This document shows, piece by piece, positions 52,288 through 62,861 of a stretch of 64,000 nt of DNA (its first letter is position 1; every line of letters starts with the position of its first letter). A model generated the notes under the pieces. That model saw only the letters and a list, made by a program, of their open reading frames with translations, made no database searches and was not told the DNA's origin. The translations under genes were made by a program, and so were the position numbers. This DNA is from an uncultured Eubacteriales bacterium (GTDB taxonomy: Bacteria; Bacillota; Clostridia; TANB77; CAG-508), in assembly GCA_902787685.1 (NCBI GenBank), contig CADAHH010000004.1, positions 27,677 through 91,676 on the forward strand. Direction: 5' to 3'.

Positions 52288-52842
52288 TTATATTTCCATT
52301 TGACTTCCTAAAAAAGATGCTGCTGATTGAGCTAATTTTTTTTCAACATCATTCATCTTAGTATTTGCTTCTTTCGAAAGAAGAATTACAGAACCTATAG
52401 TATCACCATTTGAGATAATCGGATAAACAACTTGTGCATTTGATATTTTATTTCCTTCATCATTTTTGGTTATTGGCATAGCTTTATCACTATTATCTCT
52501 ACTTGTATAAATTTCTTTATCTTCCATTAATTGCTCTAATTCATTACTAACATTTTTTTCTAAATATTCTTTTTTAGAACCACCTGAAACTGCTATAATA
52601 GTATCTTTATCTGTAATAAATGCTATATGTCCTGTAGTTTTTGATAAAGTTTCAGCATATCCTGTTGCAAATTCTGTGAGTTCTCCTATTGGAGAATATT
52701 TTTTTAAGATGACTTCACCCTCTTTATCTGTAAAGATTTCCAAAGGATCTCCTTCTTTTATTCGAAGTGTTTTTCTTATTTCTTTTGGTATTACTACTCT
52801 ACCTAAATCATCTATTCTTCTAACAACTCCTGTTGCTTTCAT
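52288..52842 (-). CDS. spoVT: Stage V sporulation protein T (AbrB-type N-domain plus GAF-like domain)
   Basis: MKATGVVRRIDDLGRVVIPKEIRKTLRIKEGDPLEIF SpoVT/AbrB N-terminus. Confidence 0.75.
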   Translation of the reverse strand: MKATGVVRRIDDLGRVVIPKEIRKTLRIKEGDPLEIFTDKEGEVILKKYSPIGELTEFATGYAETLSKTTGHIAFITDKDTIIAVSGGSKKEYLEKNVSNELEQLMEDKEIYTSRDNSDKAMPITKNDEGNKISNAQVVYPIISNGDTIGSVILLSKEANTKMNDVEKKLAQSAASFLGSQMEI

Positions 52843-53015
52843 GATTTTCCTCCTTGTTTTTCAAAGTTTTATATTGTTAGTATTGCAAGAATTTACATTT
52901 TTATACGAAAAAACATTGAACAAAATATATTCAATGTTTTTGATACGTATCCCTTTTTACACTTTGTGTATGACTTTCCTAAGAATATAAAAAAACACAT
53001 ACTTTATGTATGTGC

Positions 53016-53429
53016 TTATTTTTTTCCAAATAGTTTTGCAATTCCTTTAAATGAAACTTCTTGATGAAGAAATTCATTAATTTCATTTTCAACTTTTTGT
53101 TGATATGGAGTTAATTCAACTTTAATTGGTGCTGTTAAATCAATTTCTTGGAATAAAAATGCTTTAATTTTTGACCATAGTCCTTGCTTTGTAACAGCTT
53201 TTTGTTTATCTATTGGTTTAAATGTAGTTCCTGCATCTATTGACTCATTATTATTTCCAGGTTGTTGTGTTTCAAAATTTCCAAATACACTATTTGTAGA
53301 TGCATTTTCAGGATTATTGTTTTGTTGTGTTTCACCAAAGAAAGAAGTATTGTCGGTTCCATTATTATTTTCTCCAAAACCAAAGCCACCAAAAACTCCA
53401 TTTTGATTTTCATTATTAAAATCAGCCAT
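53016..53429 (-). CDS. Hypothetical Asn/Gly/Phe-rich protein, about 138 aa
   Basis: Start at MADFNNEN with AAGGAGGAAAAT RBS; the listed ORF is 5'-extended. Confidence 0.45.
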   Translation of the reverse strand: MADFNNENQNGVFGGFGFGENNNGTDNTSFFGETQQNNNPENASTNSVFGNFETQQPGNNNESIDAGTTFKPIDKQKAVTKQGLWSKIKAFLFQEIDLTAPIKVELTPYQQKVENEINEFLHQEVSFKGIAKLFGKK

Positions 53430-53539
53430 ATTTTCCTCCTTTGTATTTTTAAAATACTCTACAAACTTTATACTACAAATTTTGCAAATAATCAATAGTA
53501 TTTGCGAAATTGTTTCTTTACTTTTTTGTTACATATTTA

Positions 53540-54451
53540 TTACAAAATTGTTACGTTTTTCCAATTAGGAACATATTGAATTTCATTTTCTTCTATATCT
53601 TGTATATATCCGTTCTTTAAATCTGTAGAATAAATAAATTCCTCTATTTTCTTCATTTCTCTTTTAGTTATTTTTCTATTTAAGTCTTTAATGTTTTTTG
53701 CCTTATATGTTGGGAAAAATTGATTCATTACACTTACATAAATATCCTGTGGTAAATTATTATTTATCCAACTTAATACTTTTTTACTATTTTCTATATG
53801 ATTTGGTAGTACTAAATGTCTAATAATTACACCTTTTTTTGCTATACCATTTTTATCACATTTTAAATTACCTACTTGCCTATACATCTCTTTAATAGCA
53901 GTTGTAGCAACTTCAAAATAGTTTTTAACATTAGAATACTTTTCTCCTAATTCATTTTCAGAATATTTTAAATCTGGTAAATAAATATCAATATATCCTT
54001 CTAATAATTTTAATGTTTCAATATTTTCATAAGAATTTGTATTATAAACTATTGGAATATTTAATCCATTATCTTTAGCTATCTTTATTGCTTCTATAAT
54101 TTGTGGTACATAACTTGTAGGTGTTACTAAATTTATATTATTTACATTTTCACTTTGTAATTTCAAAAAAATACTTGCTAATTCTTTAATTGTAATTTCG
54201 TGTCCCAATCCGTTCTGGCTAATTTCGTAATTTTGACAAAATACACAATTTAAATTACAATTTGAAAAAAATACTGTCCCTGAGCCACTTCCTTTACTAA
54301 TACATGGTTCTTCATACATATGTATTGAGGCTTGGGCTACTTTTACAGTATTTTTAGATTTGCATCTTCCTATTTGATTATTTGTTCTATCTACTCCACA
54401 TCTATGTGGACAAATTTCGCATTTTTTTACATAATCTAATTTGCTTTCCAT
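53540..54451 (-). CDS. Radical SAM enzyme (PflX/YjjW-like putative activating enzyme)
   Basis: CNLNCVFCQN radical-SAM cluster motif plus N-terminal CEICPHRCGVDR. Confidence 0.7.
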   Translation of the reverse strand: MESKLDYVKKCEICPHRCGVDRTNNQIGRCKSKNTVKVAQASIHMYEEPCISKGSGSGTVFFSNCNLNCVFCQNYEISQNGLGHEITIKELASIFLKLQSENVNNINLVTPTSYVPQIIEAIKIAKDNGLNIPIVYNTNSYENIETLKLLEGYIDIYLPDLKYSENELGEKYSNVKNYFEVATTAIKEMYRQVGNLKCDKNGIAKKGVIIRHLVLPNHIENSKKVLSWINNNLPQDIYVSVMNQFFPTYKAKNIKDLNRKITKREMKKIEEFIYSTDLKNGYIQDIEENEIQYVPNWKNVTIL

Positions 54452-54996
54452 TTTTCATATTCTTCTTTAATTCTATTTAATACTTCTTCTGGAGTAAGGT
54501 TTCCAGTATCTAATACAAAATCATAATTTGACATATCATTACGATATACTCCATATAATTTATGGTATCTGTTTAAATCATTTTTAGCTCTTCTTATCAA
54601 ATCTTTTTTTTGTGCTTCCAATGTTGGCAAACTTTCAGAGTTTTTCCTGTTTGGGTCTAAAAAAGCTCTTTTAGCGGCAATATCGATATCAACTTTTAAA
54701 TATACTTTAAAAGATTCTGGAACAGCATACCATCCCATTTTAGCATCTATAACAATATTATTATTTTTTTTAGCATATTCTGCAGCACTTTTTTCTATTT
54801 GCATATCTATCTCTGGATGTTTTTCTACATATTCTCCAAATTCTGTGACTGACATATTTTTTTCAATAGCTAATTGTCTAAAATAAGCTCCATTGTGGTA
54901 GAAATAATATTCCAAATCATTTGCTAACATTTTTGCTACTGTACTTTGTCCACTTGCTAAATCTCCTGTTATAGAAATAATATCTTTTCTTTTCAT
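54436..54996 (-). CDS. Cytidylate kinase-family nucleoside monophosphate kinase
   Basis: ISITGDLASGQSTVAKMLA P-loop-like N-terminus; 186 aa. Confidence 0.6.
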   Translation of the reverse strand: MKRKDIISITGDLASGQSTVAKMLANDLEYYFYHNGAYFRQLAIEKNMSVTEFGEYVEKHPEIDMQIEKSAAEYAKKNNNIVIDAKMGWYAVPESFKVYLKVDIDIAAKRAFLDPNRKNSESLPTLEAQKKDLIRRAKNDLNRYHKLYGVYRNDMSNYDFVLDTGNLTPEEVLNRIKEEYEKWKAN

Positions 54997-55041
54997 CTAT
55001 TTTACTCCTTATAATTTTTAGATATTTTATAGATAAAAGCA

Positions 55042-55272
55042 TTACTCATCATCATTATTTTCTTCAGTATTAATAATATCTGAAGATTTAATTTCAACTT
55101 TTCCTTCATTTATCTCATTTGCAGCTAATGTAACTGGTGATTCTTCTTCAACTTCTGTTAATGTATTATCACCATTAGCAATTTCTCTTGCTCTTTTAGA
55201 TGTAGCTATTACAAGCGCAAATCTATTTTCAGCATGCTCTAAAAGTTCGTTTACTGTTGGTTTTACTATCAT
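55042..55272 (-). CDS. rpoZ: DNA-directed RNA polymerase subunit omega
   Basis: NRFALVIATSKRAREI motif; sits next to remA. Confidence 0.7.
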   Translation of the reverse strand: MIVKPTVNELLEHAENRFALVIATSKRAREIANGDNTLTEVEEESPVTLAANEINEGKVEIKSSDIINTEENNDDE

Positions 55273-55289
55273 AAATTCCTCCTAAATTT

Positions 55290-55538
55290 TTAATTTTCAA
55301 TAACATCTTTATCTATTCTTCCAGCTATAGTTTCTGCTTGAACAGCAGAAAGAACTAAGTGATTTGAATTCATTATAATTACAGCTCTTGTTTTTCTTCC
55401 GAATGTTGCATCTATAGCAGATCCATTATCTTTTGCATCTTGTACCATTCTTTTTATAGGTGCTGAATCAGGACTTACAATTGCAATTACTTTATCAGCT
55501 GAAACTGTGTTTCCAAAACCAATATTTATTAACTTCAT
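55290..55538 (-). CDS. remA: RemA/YlzA (DUF370) regulator
   Basis: [31 protein letters not shown] matches YlzA closely. Confidence 0.8.
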   Translation of the reverse strand: MKLINIGFGNTVSADKVIAIVSPDSAPIKRMVQDAKDNGSAIDATFGRKTRAVIIMNSNHLVLSAVQAETIAGRIDKDVIEN

Positions 55539-55618
55539 AAATCATCACTTTCCCTTCTAAATAGAATTAATCTATATGTATTTTATCATATTATTATCAT
55601 AAAGTCTAGTAAAATAGC

Positions 55619-56149
55619 TTAATTATTCCTTTTATAAGCTTCTTTTTTTAAAGGGTCTGAATGCACAATTTCTTTGATATCACTTAAACTATTCACATAT
55701 TCTCTTTTGTTTATTGTATAATTTATTATAAATTTAAAAATATAATAAATTAGATAACATAAGCAAGATATATTTATATATTTTTCAAAAGAAATGTTCA
55801 ATTTACTTATCATAGTTATTGAAATTATAGTGTTTACAGAAAGAAGAAAAACTTCTAAACCATATATAGTTATAATTCCACTTTCCTTTTTATATGCTAT
55901 TTCAAAAATAATAATTGTAACAAAAACTATACTCATGCTAATATATTTATATATTTCTGTAAATTTTTCTCTACCTAAATTAAAGAACATATGATTTAAT
56001 AAATAAAAATATAATACAAAGACTACCAATATAGCAAAATTTAAAAATACCTTTTTTTTATAATTATTCATTAATCTAATACCTTTCTTATTAATTGCAC
56101 AATATAATTCATTATTAATTATTAATTGCGAGGCAGTTATGCCTCGCAC
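55619..56149 (-). CDS. Hypothetical membrane protein
   Basis: Multiple hydrophobic segments; start uncertain. Confidence 0.4.
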   Translation of the reverse strand: MRGITASQLIINNELYCAINKKGIRLMNNYKKKVFLNFAILVVFVLYFYLLNHMFFNLGREKFTEIYKYISMSIVFVTIIIFEIAYKKESGIITIYGLEVFLLSVNTIISITMISKLNISFEKYINISCLCYLIYYIFKFIINYTINKREYVNSLSDIKEIVHSDPLKKEAYKRNN

Positions 56150-56159
56150 ATATAGTAAC

Positions 56160-56234
56160 TGGTGACCCCTACGGGAATCGAACCCATGATTCGGCCTTGA
56201 GAGGGCCGCGTCTTAACCGCTTGACCAAGGGGCC
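56160..56234 (-). tRNA. tRNA-Glu (anticodon CUC), CCA encoded
   Basis: Cloverleaf folded by hand: acceptor GGCCCCT/AGGGGTC, anticodon stem CGGCC/GGCCG with loop CUCUCAA, T-arm GGGTTCGATTCCC. Confidence 0.85.
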
Positions 56235-56273
56235 AAAATATATTACCCTATATTTATAACACTTTTTTATAAA

Positions 56274-57468
56274 TTAGTCAATGGTTTTTGTTTTTTCTAT
56301 TTCAGCTTTTTCTGTCTTTGTTTTCTTTTTAAAATCTGTATATCCCATATTTATTGTAATATCAGAAGTGTTTTCTAAATGCTCTTTTGCCTTAATTTCT
56401 TTATTTGTAAGATTACTTTTCTTTTCTTCTAAATTAAAAGGAATTGATAGTTTTGTTAGAATAGTAATGAATAATGGTTCATTTTTAATTTTTTCAGCTA
56501 TTTTTTGACTATTTAAATCAATTGCAATATTAGCATATTTAATAGCTAAATCCTTATTTCCCCTCATAAGATTAATCTTTGAAAGTTCATAATAGCTATC
56601 TGCTGATAACTCTTCATCATCAATAGTCTCTTGAAAATATTTTTCAGCTAAATCTAAATCTTTGTATAACATTGCAATTTGGGCTAAACTATATTTAGGA
56701 TTATGAATCAAACTGTTAATCTCTGCACATTTTTCATAATATTCTTTTGCACTTTTAAAATCATTTAGCATAGTATATGCTATACCTAGCTCATAATATA
56801 AATCGAAACTATTAGGGTTATACTTAGTTGCTTCAATTAATACAGAAACAGCATCTTTATAATCTTCTTTTTCTATTAATAAATCTCCCAAAGATAAACT
56901 TGCATTATAATAGTCTGGCTTTTTGTCAAGAAGATTCTTAAGCATTTCAATTGCTTCGTCTTTTTTTTCTAAATCACTAAGTAATGTTGCAATTTTATAA
57001 TATGAATTATAATCTTGCTTGTTAATTTCAATGCAAACAACATATTCATCTATTGCTTTTCTTAATCCCCCTTCTTGTTCGTAAATCTCTGCTAATAATT
57101 TATGAGCATAATAATTATTAGGATTTTTACCTATAATATCTAATAAAATACTTTTTGACTTTTTTTTGTTTCCAATTAAAAAAAATAATTTTGCAATAGA
57201 ATATTTAATTCTATATATTATTTTTTTATTTTTATACTCACAAATTAAAACTACTATAGGCATAATAATAGAAATAATATAAATAAAAGTTTTTATAATT
57301 ATATTAAGCTTATGACCTGAAATTAACCCGTATAGCATCTATTATAATACCTAAAGCCTGTAGCCCTAAAAAGTATAAATATCCTGTTTCATTTTTGCTA
57401 ATCATTAAATAAAAAATTGATCCAAAAAAACCAACAGATATTACAATAAAAAAAACTTGTTCTATCAT
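56274..57468 (-). CDS. TPR-repeat protein with N-terminal TM helices; the first TM-encoding ORF (57338-57468, has an SD) joins the main ORF by a +1 shift at in-frame CGG (57328-57330)
   Basis: Upstream ORF MIEQVFFIVISVGFFGSIFYL...IIIDAI ends in CGG then stop; the +1 frame continues GLISGHKLNIIIKTF; the annotated ATG has no SD. Confidence 0.55.
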
Positions 57469-57603
57469 AAATAACTCCATTAAAAATCATCTTTTTATAC
57501 TTTTGTAATTTTTATTTTATACTTAATATGTACTATTATACACTCAAAGTCGAAATTTGTAAATACCTATACAAGAGTCAGATGAGTAATTTTGTTAATA
57601 AAA

Positions 57604-57640
57604 ATAAGAATATCAATAAAACTTGATATTCTTATTTTTG
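57604..57640. terminator. Rho-independent terminator (bidirectional form) after the 57641-58591 gene
   Basis: ATAAGAATATCAA-loop-TTGATATTCTTAT hairpin flanked by A and T runs. Confidence 0.5.
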
Positions 57641-58591
57641 TTAATTTTCTCCTCTACCTTCTGGTAATGCATTACTTGGTAATTCGATTCTAATTCTTAT
57701 TCTAAATACATAAGTTGCAGCTCTAACCAACTTACTGTTTTTAAACTTTTGCCATAAAGAAGTTTTTGTTTTAAATGTTGTTGCTTCATTATAAGCTTTA
57801 ATCTCACTGTTTTCATCTGAAGCTGGAATATTTGCATTTGCAACTTGAACATTTTCAGCTTCATTTTTGTCAGATTTTGTAGCATTAGTTTTTTGAACTT
57901 CTGTAGTTGCAACATTTTCTACATTAGCATTTTGTACTTCTTGAGTATCTACAACATTTTCTATTTCTTCTGGAGCTGGTATTAATTTAAGTGCATCTGA
58001 TACTTCTATTCCAATATAACTTAATGCTCTTGAACTATCTTCTAGTCTTTCCATATCAATTTCAATATAAAGATTAGATTCTAAGTTTGTTACTTTTGCA
58101 TTTAAAATCTTCATTGCATCTTGATATCTTTGAGAAGTTTTTCCTTTACATCTACCAACTACTCCTAAATTTTCAATAATATCCTCTGAAAATTTAGAAG
58201 ATGCAGCTTCGACCTTGTCTTTCCATCCTTCTTCTTTGCTGTTTACAGCATTTATCAAATCAGTCAATTCTCCTGCAAGTATAATGTTTTGTTCTCTTTG
58301 TTTAATTAAATTTTCAACTTTTTTAGTATTTTCCTCAAATTGTTTAATAGATGTTTCAACTAAACTATAAGCAGCATTGTAAACACTACTTGGAAAATTC
58401 TTCTTTTTTGGATATTCTATTATATATGACTTTACAGATTCAATTAAATCTTTAAAATATGTATCTTCTTCTAATTGAATAATCTGTTTTTTATTATTTG
58501 GATTAATTAATTTTTGAATTTTATCTATGTTTGATATTATTTTTTCCTCTGTGATAACCATTCTCACATTTACTATGCCAGATCTAGACAT
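57641..58591 (-). CDS. Hypothetical coiled-coil protein, 316 aa
   Basis: Long ORF; no confident family call. Confidence 0.5.
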   Translation of the reverse strand: MSRSGIVNVRMVITEEKIISNIDKIQKLINPNNKKQIIQLEEDTYFKDLIESVKSYIIEYPKKKNFPSSVYNAAYSLVETSIKQFEENTKKVENLIKQREQNIILAGELTDLINAVNSKEEGWKDKVEAASSKFSEDIIENLGVVGRCKGKTSQRYQDAMKILNAKVTNLESNLYIEIDMERLEDSSRALSYIGIEVSDALKLIPAPEEIENVVDTQEVQNANVENVATTEVQKTNATKSDKNEAENVQVANANIPASDENSEIKAYNEATTFKTKTSLWQKFKNSKLVRAATYVFRIRIRIELPSNALPEGRGEN

Positions 58592-58743
58592 GTAAATATA
58601 CCTCCTTTGTTAATATTAAAAAGATTTTTTACATAAATCATTTTTATTATACACCAAGCCACAAAAAACTACAAGAAAAAACATGTGATTTTTTCTTTAC
58701 ATTTTTATTACATGAATGTTACAAAAATATTACATCTAATTAA

Positions 58744-60468
58744 TTATATTTTTGCTTGATTAGATATTATTTTTTCCATCTCTATATTTCTTTTTATTTT
58801 TAAGGTTGTTGTCTTTACAAGTTCTTCTTCCGTAAGGATTAAACTCTTTACATATTTATATTTAGGTAAAGTTTTGTTTACCTCTTTTACCCAATTCCAA
58901 ATTTTTTCTTTAATTTGGTCTTCTGTAATATCTCCAAATTTATTTTGAATATATTCTTTGTCATATACAACTTTTACCCCAATTTTAACATCATCATCAT
59001 CATCTGGCATTCCATAGACCATAGACTCCTTGATTAAATCTGATCTGTCAATTAAAGCTTCAATTTCTTCTGGATAAACATTTTTTCCATTTTTTAATAC
59101 TATTACAAATTTTTTTCTTCCAGAAATAAATATATATCCATCTTTATCAATTTTAGCTAAATCTCCAGTGTGGAACCATCCGTCTTTATCAAAGACCTCT
59201 TCATTAGCTTCTTCATTTTCGTAATATCCAAGCATAATTGAGTCTCCTTTTGCAAGTAGTTCTCCTACTCCTTTTTCATCAGGATTATCAATTTTAACCT
59301 CTACACTTGGCATTTTCTTTCCAATAGATCCTATTCTTTTTTGTTTTGTAAGTTCTGCAGCTATTACTGGCGAAGTTTCTGTTAATCCATATCCTTGTAA
59401 AACATTGAATCCCAAATTCCAAAATCCTTTTTCTTTTTCAACTGAAAATGGCGCTCCACCAACTACTACTATTCTAAGATATCCTCCTAAGCTTTGATAA
59501 ATCTCTTTAAAAAATTTCTTTTTAACATCAATTCCTACTTTTAACAGAGCATTACTTAATGTTATTCCTTTTTTTACAAAAGACATTTTTCCTTTTTCTT
59601 CAATTGCTTTCATTATTTTATCATACATTTTTTCAATTAAAGCTGGAACACTTATCATAGCAGTAATTTTAAATTCTTTTAATTCTGATGCTATGTGTCT
59701 CACTCCTTTTGAAAAAACAATAGTACTTCCAACTGAAATAGGATATAGAAAACCAACTGTACATTCAAATGTATGATGTAATGGTAAAAATGATAGAAAT
59801 GTATCTGTTTCATTAACTTCAAAGCATTCGCCTATGTCTAAAATATTAGTACATAAGTTTTTATGAGAAAGCATTACTGATTTTGATTTACTTGTAGTTC
59901 CAGAAGTAAATAACATTATATTCATTTCTTCATTGTTAATTTCTGCATTTATGAATTCATTATTTCCTTGCTCTAATAATTCTTTTCCTTTTTGTATTAT
60001 CTCTTTTTGAGAAAACTTATTAAAATCATTTTTTTCTAAATCCATAGAAATAAAATATTTTAATTTTGATTTTCCATTTTTTTGTATAGTCTGCATAAAT
60101 TCATTATATTTTGAAGAATAGAAAATAGCTTCAGCTTCTGATCTAATTATAAGGCTTTCTATTTCATCTATTTGCAATGCTTTATCTAATGGAACTACTA
60201 CTCCTGTTCCGCAACATACAGCTAAATAAGCCACTTCCCATTCATATCTATTTTCTGAAATAATAGCTATTCTTTTTCCTTTTAATCCCATTTCTATCAT
60301 TGCAGTTCCTAAATAATCTATATCATTTACAAATTCATTATAACTAATTTTTTTTGAAGATTCGATTGTGTCTCCTCCAACATAGAATGCTGTTTTATTT
60401 CCAAATTTTTCTCTTGTATTATTAATCATATTTTTTAAATTGTTAAATTTATTTGTTTTATTGGCCAT
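58744..60468 (-). CDS. AMP-dependent synthetase/ligase (long-chain fatty acid--CoA ligase family)
   Basis: MLFTSGTTSKSK AMP-binding motif; GYGLTE motif. Confidence 0.85.
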   Translation of the reverse strand: MANKTNKFNNLKNMINNTREKFGNKTAFYVGGDTIESSKKISYNEFVNDIDYLGTAMIEMGLKGKRIAIISENRYEWEVAYLAVCCGTGVVVPLDKALQIDEIESLIIRSEAEAIFYSSKYNEFMQTIQKNGKSKLKYFISMDLEKNDFNKFSQKEIIQKGKELLEQGNNEFINAEINNEEMNIMLFTSGTTSKSKSVMLSHKNLCTNILDIGECFEVNETDTFLSFLPLHHTFECTVGFLYPISVGSTIVFSKGVRHIASELKEFKITAMISVPALIEKMYDKIMKAIEEKGKMSFVKKGITLSNALLKVGIDVKKKFFKEIYQSLGGYLRIVVVGGAPFSVEKEKGFWNLGFNVLQGYGLTETSPVIAAELTKQKRIGSIGKKMPSVEVKIDNPDEKGVGELLAKGDSIMLGYYENEEANEEVFDKDGWFHTGDLAKIDKDGYIFISGRKKFVIVLKNGKNVYPEEIEALIDRSDLIKESMVYGMPDDDDDVKIGVKVVYDKEYIQNKFGDITEDQIKEKIWNWVKEVNKTLPKYKYVKSLILTEEELVKTTTLKIKRNIEMEKIISNQAKI

Positions 60469-60625
60469 ATTTCATTTTTCCTTTCCTAAAACATACACTA
60501 GTTTGAATATCTTTTTTATATTTCTTTATTATTATATATATTTTCTCTTTTTTTTTCAAGTATATCCTTTGAAATAATTTATTAGGTTATTACTTAGCTG
60601 TAGCAATTGACTTTTTATTCTTTTT

Positions 60626-61141
60626 ATGATATTATACTTTTATCAAAATCAAATGAAAAATTTAGGAGGAATAAAAATGTCAAAATTATTAAAAATATTA
60701 TTATTATCAATCTTTGCAATTATTGTTTCTTTTTCAATTTCTTATGGAATTGATTTAAATTTAACATCTAATGCTACAACATCTAACGCTACAAATAGCC
60801 AATCATCCAATGTAACAAATAATCAAACATCTAATACTGCAAGGTCAAATGTTATAAATAATCAGAATAATAATGTAAATAATTCTACAGATTCAAATAA
60901 TAATTCCACAGGTTCATCAATGACCTTCCAATCTTCATCTGATGATAATTCTTTATTAGATAGTAATATTACTTCTCAAGTACCAAAATCTGCAACTAGT
61001 ATAACAGGAGTACAGAATTCTCAAAATAGCGGAAATACAACTATTTCAAATATTATCAATATTGCTTTAATTGTAATAGGAGTTTTGTTAGTATTTTTTG
61101 CAATTGCAATTTTGATTAGATTAGGAAATCATAATTCGTAG
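60626..61141 (+). CDS. Hypothetical secreted/membrane Asn/Ser/Thr-rich protein with a C-terminal TM segment
   Basis: Signal peptide, low-complexity region, C-terminal hydrophobic segment. Confidence 0.5.
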   Translation: MILYFYQNQMKNLGGIKMSKLLKILLLSIFAIIVSFSISYGIDLNLTSNATTSNATNSQSSNVTNNQTSNTARSNVINNQNNNVNNSTDSNNNSTGSSMTFQSSSDDNSLLDSNITSQVPKSATSITGVQNSQNSGNTTISNIINIALIVIGVLLVFFAIAILIRLGNHNS

Positions 61142-61267
61142 ATTATATAAAAAAGTAATAGTTTTGCTATTACTTTTTTTAGTTTTTTCATCGTATATTT
61201 TTTAAAAAAAGAACAATAATATAATTAAGTTTAATTATAAACTAATTTTTTTAGGAGGAATAATAAA

Positions 61268-61798
61268 ATGATGAAAAAATTTATATTATCTACATTATTA
61301 ACTATATCATTTATTTTTATAATGACTTACACTTTTGCAACTGACTCAAATATGATACAAGATGCTACAAATGCTGTTAGAGATATGGTAGGTGGAGCAG
61401 AAAACGCAATGGAAGATGCTGCTGGCGCTGTTTCAAATACATCTAAAAATATAACTGGAGATATGCAAGAAGGTCTTAATAATATGATGGACAACAATGA
61501 CCAAAATAATGATGATACTAATAATGGCAATAATGGTGATGACCAAAATACAACAACCGGTGCTTCAACAGATAATAATGGAAATGGTGCAAATTATGGC
61601 AATAACGGAAATAATCCTGGTGATTATACTGCACAAAGAACGGCAACTACTACAGATGGAACAATTGCTGGAATGAATTCAACAACTTGGATATGGCTAA
61701 TAATGGCAGTTCTTGCCATTGCAATAATTGCTCTTGTTTATTATTATTCAGTTGGAATGACAACTAATAATAGAAATTATCATAATGGTGATGAGTAA
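61268..61798 (+). CDS. Hypothetical secreted/membrane Asn/Gly-rich protein with a C-terminal TM segment
   Basis: Same architecture as the preceding gene; GGAGG RBS. Confidence 0.5.
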   Translation: MMKKFILSTLLTISFIFIMTYTFATDSNMIQDATNAVRDMVGGAENAMEDAAGAVSNTSKNITGDMQEGLNNMMDNNDQNNDDTNNGNNGDDQNTTTGASTDNNGNGANYGNNGNNPGDYTAQRTATTTDGTIAGMNSTTWIWLIMAVLAIAIIALVYYYSVGMTTNNRNYHNGDE

Positions 61799-61804
61799 TT
61801 AGGT

Positions 61805-61880
61805 ATGAAGTTGGAAGTGAGAAGTGGGATGTGAGATATGAGATATAAGATTTCCATCTCCCACTTCACACCTCTCACCT
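61805..61880. repeat. Imperfect palindromic GTGAG/CTCAC-rich element (family H); likely a terminator-like hairpin
   Basis: GGAAGTGAGAAGTGGGATGTGAGAT...ATCTCCCACTTCACACCTCTCACCTC. Confidence 0.5.
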
Positions 61881-61914
61881 CTATTATATATTTATAATTA
61901 TAAAGGAACAAAAA

Positions 61915-62802
61915 ATGATTTTAAAATATAAAATAACTGAACCAAACCAAACAATTAATCAAATATTAAAATCCAAACTACATTTTTCATCAAGACTTTT
62001 ATATAAATTAATAAATAAAAAATCCATTTATTTAAATGATAAGGTCTGTGACACCAGAAATGTGGCTAACATTGGGGATTATCTATCAGTAAATCTATCT
62101 TATGTTGAATATAATTCAAATATTGTGCCAACTAAAATGAATTTAGATATTATTTATGAAGATGAGGCTATGCTTGTATTAAATAAGCCTTCTGGTATTT
62201 CAACACATCCTTCAATACTTCATTTTGAAGATTCTCTTTCAAATGGAGTTAAATATTATTTTGATTCAATAGGACTACATAAAAAAATCAGACCTGTAAA
62301 TCGCCTTGACTTACATACTTCTGGGCTTATAATTTTTGCCAAAAATGAATATATACAAGAATGTTTAATTCAACAAATGGAAAATAATTCTTTTAAAAAA
62401 GAATATCATGCAATAGTAATTGGACATTTAGAAAATAAAAAAGGCACAATAGACAAACCTATTGCACGAAAACAAAATAGTATAATTGAAAGATGTATTG
62501 ATGAAAATGGAAAAAAAGCTATTACACATTATGAAGTAATAAAAGAATTTGAAAACTATTCTTTAGTAAAATGTACCTTAGAAACAGGCAGAACTCATCA
62601 AATTAGAGTACACTTTGCATCTATTGGTCATCCACTTCTTGGCGATAGTTTATATGGAGAAAAATCTGATTTAGTAGATGGTCAAGCTCTAACCTGTACT
62701 AGGCTTTCTTTTATACATCCTGTTAGTAAGAAAAATGTTGAATTTGAAATTAAGATACTTTTTGATTCATTTGAATTATTGTTAAATAAGATATATCCAT
62801 AA
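61915..62802 (+). CDS. RluA-family pseudouridine synthase
   Basis: HRLDxxTSG and HQIRVH motifs. Confidence 0.85.
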   Translation: MILKYKITEPNQTINQILKSKLHFSSRLLYKLINKKSIYLNDKVCDTRNVANIGDYLSVNLSYVEYNSNIVPTKMNLDIIYEDEAMLVLNKPSGISTHPSILHFEDSLSNGVKYYFDSIGLHKKIRPVNRLDLHTSGLIIFAKNEYIQECLIQQMENNSFKKEYHAIVIGHLENKKGTIDKPIARKQNSIIERCIDENGKKAITHYEVIKEFENYSLVKCTLETGRTHQIRVHFASIGHPLLGDSLYGEKSDLVDGQALTCTRLSFIHPVSKKNVEFEIKILFDSFELLLNKIYP

Positions 62803-62823
62803 TTTATTTTTATGTAATATTTC

Positions 62824-62847
62824 GAGGCGATTAAAATCGCCCCTACA
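62824..62847 (+). repeat. REP-like hairpin element, copy 5, followed by T8; acts as terminator of the RluA gene
   Basis: GAGGCGATTAAAATCGCCCCTACATTTTTTTT. Confidence 0.7.
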
Positions 62848-62861
62848 TTTTTTTTACAAAT

